Position numbers and translations under genes: made by a program. The notes under the pieces were generated by a model, which had not been told where the DNA came from, made no database searches, and saw only the letters and a list, made by a program, of their open reading frames with translations. A stretch of 63,445 bases of DNA, the filler included, from Octopus bimaculoides (lineage: Eukaryota), in assembly GCF_001194135.2 (NCBI RefSeq). It is 5 parts of 4 records of this genome, joined end to end, with 100 filler letters (N's around TTAATTAATTAA, not from the genome) between each part and the next. Parts side by side here need not be neighbours in the genome. Positions count along the whole stretch, not along the records: positions 56,447 to 61,561 come from NC_069006.1; positions 61,662 to 63,445 come from NW_026396787.1; 3 more parts are not named here. The stretch is one strand, 5' to 3'. Positions 60,595 through 63,445 of this stretch are shown piece by piece; position 1 is the first letter of the stretch; the number at the start of each line of letters is the position of its first letter.

Positions 60595-61661
60595 ATTTCA
60601 CTTTCTACCCGATCTCCCCAGCTTTCGCTATCTCTGTTTCTCTCTCCAATTGCTTACTTCTCCCTAACCGAAACTACCTCTCCTTCAATCTCTCTCTCTC
60701 TCACCTACTCTTTCTCTCTATCCCCTCTCTTACTCCTTCTCTCTCTCATTCGCTTTCTCCCTCTTTTTCATTTTCTGTCTTTGTCTCTCTGCCTGTCTCT
60801 CTCCCTCTCTCTTCCTTTCTTTCATTCATATCCAACGTCTCTCTCATAGTCATCATGTTCTCTCTGTTTCTTTCACTTTCTCTCAGTCTGTCTGTCTGAT
60901 TGTCTGTCTGTCTGTATCCATCACTTTTACCTTCCAAATTTAAACCACGTCTGCGCGTGGTTGAAATATGCATGTGTACCTATCTCACTCTCTCTTACAC
61001 CCCACCCCCCATACACACACGCACACACACATGCGGATGCACACACACACGGACGCATGCACACACACACANNNNNNNNNNCATCTTCGTTGAGCCCTGT
61101 GTGGCTAATAAAAGAAACGTATCTATCTATCGATCTATCTATCTACCTACGTATGTGTGCGTATGTGCGCGTGCGTGTCTATACGAGGGCAACAGTTGGT
61201 CTCGGCATCTATTTATTATTTATTTGGTTTTTCTTTTTTCCTGTCCATGTCTGATTTATTTTTAAATCTATTTACATAACATCCGTGTCCGTATCATTAA
61301 TATTGTCTGTAAGCGTACATTCTTATCTTCACGCACACACGCACACACGCACACACTCTCTCTCGTTCTCTCTCTCTCAATATCTCGCTATTTATAAACT
61401 GTTCTGACTTTCTAATGATTCTCTCACTCTCTCAGTCTGTCTGCCTGTCTCTCTCTCTGTATTTTTCTGTCTCTGTCTCCTCCCTCTCTCTGTGCCTCTG
61501 TTTCACTCCCAGACCACTCTATTAATATCTCGCTGTTTATATATGTATATATATATATATANNNNNNNNNNNNNNNNNNNNNNNNNNNNNNNNNNNNNNN
61601 NNNNNTTAATTAATTAANNNNNNNNNNNNNNNNNNNNNNNNNNNNNNNNNNNNNNNNNNNN

Positions 61662-61816
61662 CTGTGTCACACTGAATATCCCCGAGAACTACTTTAAGGG
61701 TACACGTGTCTCTGGTGTGCTCAGCCACTTGCACGCTAATTTCACGAGCAGGCTGTTCCGTTGATCGGATCAACTGGAACCCTCGACGTCGTAAGTGACG
61801 GAGTGCCAACAACAAC
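61662..61816 (+). mobile_element. SINE family C, 3' half
   Basis: CTGTGTCACACTGAATATCCCCGAGAAC...GACGGAGTGCCAACAACAAC. Confidence 0.9.
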
Positions 61817-61837
61817 ATACATATATATATATGTACA

Positions 61838-61931
61838 TATATAAAGAAGACTACTAGTTGGATGGCTAATGTTCTAGAAGATCACATTCTTCTAGCACAT
61901 TAGCCATCCACCTAGTGGTCTCCTTTATATA
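61838..61931. repeat. 94-nt hairpin (44-bp arms, 6-nt loop) in a TA-rich site
   Basis: 40 of 44 Watson-Crick pairs plus one G-U; loop TCACAT at 61882-61887. Confidence 0.85.
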
Positions 61932-62053
61932 TACATATACAATAATCCTTTGAGATCTCATAATTTTTCTGAACTCCTGATTCTTTCAATGTGCTGGTTC
62001 ATTGGTATTAAATTGATATTAATTAATATCCAATTTTTTACCTTACTGTTTTA

Positions 62054-62122
<69 letters not shown>

Positions 62123-62129
62123 CATATAT

Positions 62130-62209
<80 letters not shown>

Positions 62210-63313
62210 TGTTACGAACGCCTGCGCGAAGCACCTCAATGAAGAGAAAACTCGCGCGTGCGAATGTCAACGCTCAATGAGTCGGGATGTTCGCCGCTAC
62301 TAAGCCCAGCCGGTGCACGTAACGATGCCAACAGAAACGAAGAAATAACACAGACCATATGTTGAATAGTCAAACTAACTTTTTTTTTACATCATAAATA
62401 CAAAACAACATTGCATAACAATAATTCAATAACATAGTACTTGCTTCTGAAATAATACATGTAACAATAGCGTTTCCAAGCATTTAACAAAGTTTCAGAA
62501 CAATTACAAAGTCTACAATCAATTCACATAATCATAAAGTTTACAATCAAAATTCGTGTATCAAGAGTCAATTACAAGTTCTTTTTGTTTCTTTTGTTTT
62601 ACTTTTCTTTTCCTCTCTTTTAACACAGTTAACAAAAGTTCTTTCTTTTCAACCAGTTAACATCACAATTAACAAGAGTTAACGAAGTTCTTTTTCTTTT
62701 AAAACATGTAACAACAAAGTACATTTTTCTTTAAAGAAATGCAAACAAACCTTCACCGCAAGAATTTCCTTTCCTTCAAATCTCCCACTACAATGACAAG
62801 AACTGACCAACGTAGTCTACTACAATCTTCTGCCTGCCACAACAGTTCCATCTCTCTCTCAGACTCTATCCATTTCTGCTGACTGGTACCTTCTGACAAT
62901 AGCCTCTCTCTCTCAGTCTCTTTCTGTCAGCCTCTCTGTTCATCTTGCTTCTCTTCACTCAGTGCTGGCTGTCACACACTCGTCCTTCACTGGCTGATCG
63001 CTTGTACACCGACTGCAATTCCATCTGGCTCCTTTACTGGCTGCTGGCCTTTACACCAACTGCGATTCCCAAATCTATGCTCTCGTATTTATGACAGATA
63101 CCGTACCCAACAGTCCTACGTTACCCCTCCAAAGCTGGGTCAGTTTAGTACAGTTCCTACTTGTTTTTCTGAACTTTCAATGACCGGAAAGGGTCAGAGA
63201 TCATACTCCTACGCTATAAATAACTGTGCTTGTTGACAGGACAAAGGAAATACCATTGTCCTCAACAAGCAGAATACGGTTTCAAACTCAGCTCGGGGAA
63301 TAGGGACATAACA
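62210..63313. mobile_element. Probable solo LTR
   Basis: Non-coding ~1.1-kb block bounded by TGTTACG...CATAACA (TG..CA, 7-bp imperfect inverted ends), inserted in TA/CA repeats. It carries an internal ~47-bp direct repeat at about 62985-63070. The TSD is imperfect (ATAT/TTAT). Confidence 0.5.
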
Positions 63314-63341
63314 TTATTTTTATTTATCGGCGTCCGTATCA

Positions 63342-63376
<35 letters not shown>

Positions 63377-63445
63377 TATATATTCACAGCAAGTTGTTTT
63401 ACACCTATTACACTAATTATTTTTTGATTTTGAGCTTGGGTCAAG

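Overview
This is AT-rich, gapped animal genomic DNA, most likely octopus; the tRNA-derived SINEs and overall repeat mix look cephalopod, but that assignment is from recall. I found no intact, recognisable host gene. The window is a graveyard of microsatellites and mobile elements. It holds at least four tRNA-SINE families and two Penelope-like element (PLE) fragments, one Neptune-type and one with a CxCx5C linker (probably Hydra clade). It also has R4/Dong-type restriction-like-endonuclease LINE fragments stacked in (AAT)n arrays, a 5'-complete Tx1/L1-type element, RTE pieces, pogo, maT/mariner, hAT and piggyBac relics, several MITE/foldback hairpins and a probable solo LTR. Most ORFs in the supplied track are microsatellite or N-gap artefacts. 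Four leads stand out. (1) A type I hammerhead-ribozyme candidate with an intact catalytic core and an unusually long stem II lies at 30497-30607 (-), in a non-coding (TA)n-anchored element; decayed hammerhead-like motifs lie at 25610-25672 and 13175-13321. (2) A tandemly duplicated, unidentified protein-coding segment lies at 960-1457 (-). (3) An (AAT)n 'landing pad' carries same-orientation stacks of R4-like LINEs plus a non-coding passenger element. (4) A mariner derivative is built from two inverted 5' ends. All identifications were made by eye; no database searches were run.
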